Part shown: positions 63,397 through 64,000 of the stretch, piece by piece
Numbering within the stretch: position 1 is the first letter of the stretch
How the letters are laid out: every line of letters begins with the position of its first letter
Assembly (NCBI GenBank): GCA_029975475.1
Contig: JARKPB010000003.1
Coordinates: forward strand, 258,067 to 322,066
DNA: 64,000 nucleotides
Direction of reading: 5' to 3'
From: Anaerolineaceae bacterium
GTDB lineage: Bacteria > Chloroflexota > Anaerolineae > Anaerolineales > Anaerolineaceae
The notes under the pieces: model-generated
The model's database searches: none
What the model was told of the DNA's origin: nothing
What the model saw: only the letters and a program-made list of their open reading frames with translations
Position numbers and translations under genes: made by a program

Positions 63397-64000
63397 TCAG
63401 CGTTTCAAATTTCCAAGCTGACGCGCCAGTTCACGCCGTAAGATCTGCGGGTTAGCCCGGCCGGCGGCAGCGCGCATCACCTGGCCAAAAAACCAGTTGG
63501 CAAGCGTTTCTTTTCCGTTCAGGTAACTTTCAACTTCAGCCGGATTTTCCTCCAGCACCCGCGCAACCAGGGCGGTGATCACATCCGCGTCTGAGACCTG
63601 CTGCAGCCCGGAGGCAGCGATAATTTCGGCCGCCTCGCGCCCATCGCGCAGCATCTCGGCCAGGACGGCTTTGGCAGTGTTCTGATTGACCTGCCCGCTT
63701 TCAAGCATCTGAATCAACCCGGCGAAGGATGATGGGGTGATACGCAGCGCAGAAAACGGCTCGCCGCTGGCGTTCATCCAGGCGAATACCTCGCCCAGCA
63801 GATAGTTGGCTGCCAGCCGCGGCGCCGCTCCTGCAGCGACAGCGGCTTCATAAAAAGCCGCCGTTTCCGCTTCTTCAGCCAGCAAACGCGCGTCCACCGC
63901 GGCAAGCGCGTAGTTGTTCATGAAGCGCTGCTGCCGCGCGCGCGGCAGTTCGGGCATCTCCGCCGCCACTCGTTCGAGCCAGTCCGCGTCGACTACCAGC
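63397..64000 (-). CDS. gatB: Asp/Glu-tRNA amidotransferase subunit B, C-terminal part (5' end outside the window)
   Basis: GatB/YqeY tail domain: LLAEEAETAAFYEAAVAAGAAPRLAANYLLGEVFAWMN...NTAKAVLAEML...LANWFFGQVMRAAAGRANPQILRRELARQL. The frame stays open to the window edge. Confidence 0.8.
   Translation of the reverse strand, partial: LVVDADWLERVAAEMPELPRARQQRFMNNYALAAVDARLLAEEAETAAFYEAAVAAGAAPRLAANYLLGEVFAWMNASGEPFSALRITPSSFAGLIQMLESGQVNQNTAKAVLAEMLRDGREAAEIIAASGLQQVSDADVITALVARVLEENPAEVESYLNGKETLANWFFGQVMRAAAGRANPQILRRELARQLGNLKR

Noticed and set aside
1-64000. A search for mobile elements, prophage genes, integrases, tRNA/rRNA genes, toxin-antitoxin pairs and classic defence genes (restriction-modification, Cas, and nuclease partners co-directional with the HerA-like ATPase).
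   Set aside because: None of the translated ORFs shows transposase, integrase, Cas or methyltransferase motifs. The intergenic regions are too short, or lack cloverleaf-like structure, for tRNAs. The window looks like core chromosome rather than an accessory island.

Overview
This is a high-GC (~60%), gene-dense bacterial chromosomal window. I found no rRNA, tRNA, CRISPR array, transposase or integrase. Most of it is housekeeping: dnaE, pfkA, lysS, greA, pheST behind a T-box leader, murJ, gdhA, a gatB fragment, an Mrp/ApbC Fe-S carrier, and mntP. There is also a P-type ATPase behind a yybP-ykoY Mn2+ riboswitch, a DUF485-actP acetate permease pair, and a frl-like fructosamine utilisation operon with a GntR regulator and two identical palindromic operators. 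Gene content and protein style suggest a monoderm high-GC lineage such as Chloroflexota. That is inference only and cannot be verified without a database search.

The most unusual element is one ~11.96 kb ORF (13697-25651, about 19% of the window). It encodes a secreted ~3984-aa repeat protein made of DUF11-like and isopeptide-pilin-like modules. It has no normal sorting signal. It ends in an LPDTG motif followed about 25 residues later by a complete sortase-fold domain, so sortase substrate and sortase sit on one chain.

Other loci worth a second look:
- A J-protein / HtrA / bacterial eRF1-like operon in which GGQ reads GGA.
- A 1238-aa PHP-sCache-PAS-CBS-DUF294 fusion protein downstream of DUF485-actP.
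- A divergent pair: a HerA/FtsK-like ATPase with a coiled-coil tail, and a degenerate-PP2C / TM / beta-propeller-like membrane protein.
- A cluster of a GT-C-like membrane protein, DUF2804, and an active plus a degenerate UbiA prenyltransferase.
- A promoter-proximal terminator in the greA leader.

All calls rest on reading the supplied translations and the DNA by eye. No HMM or BLAST search was run.
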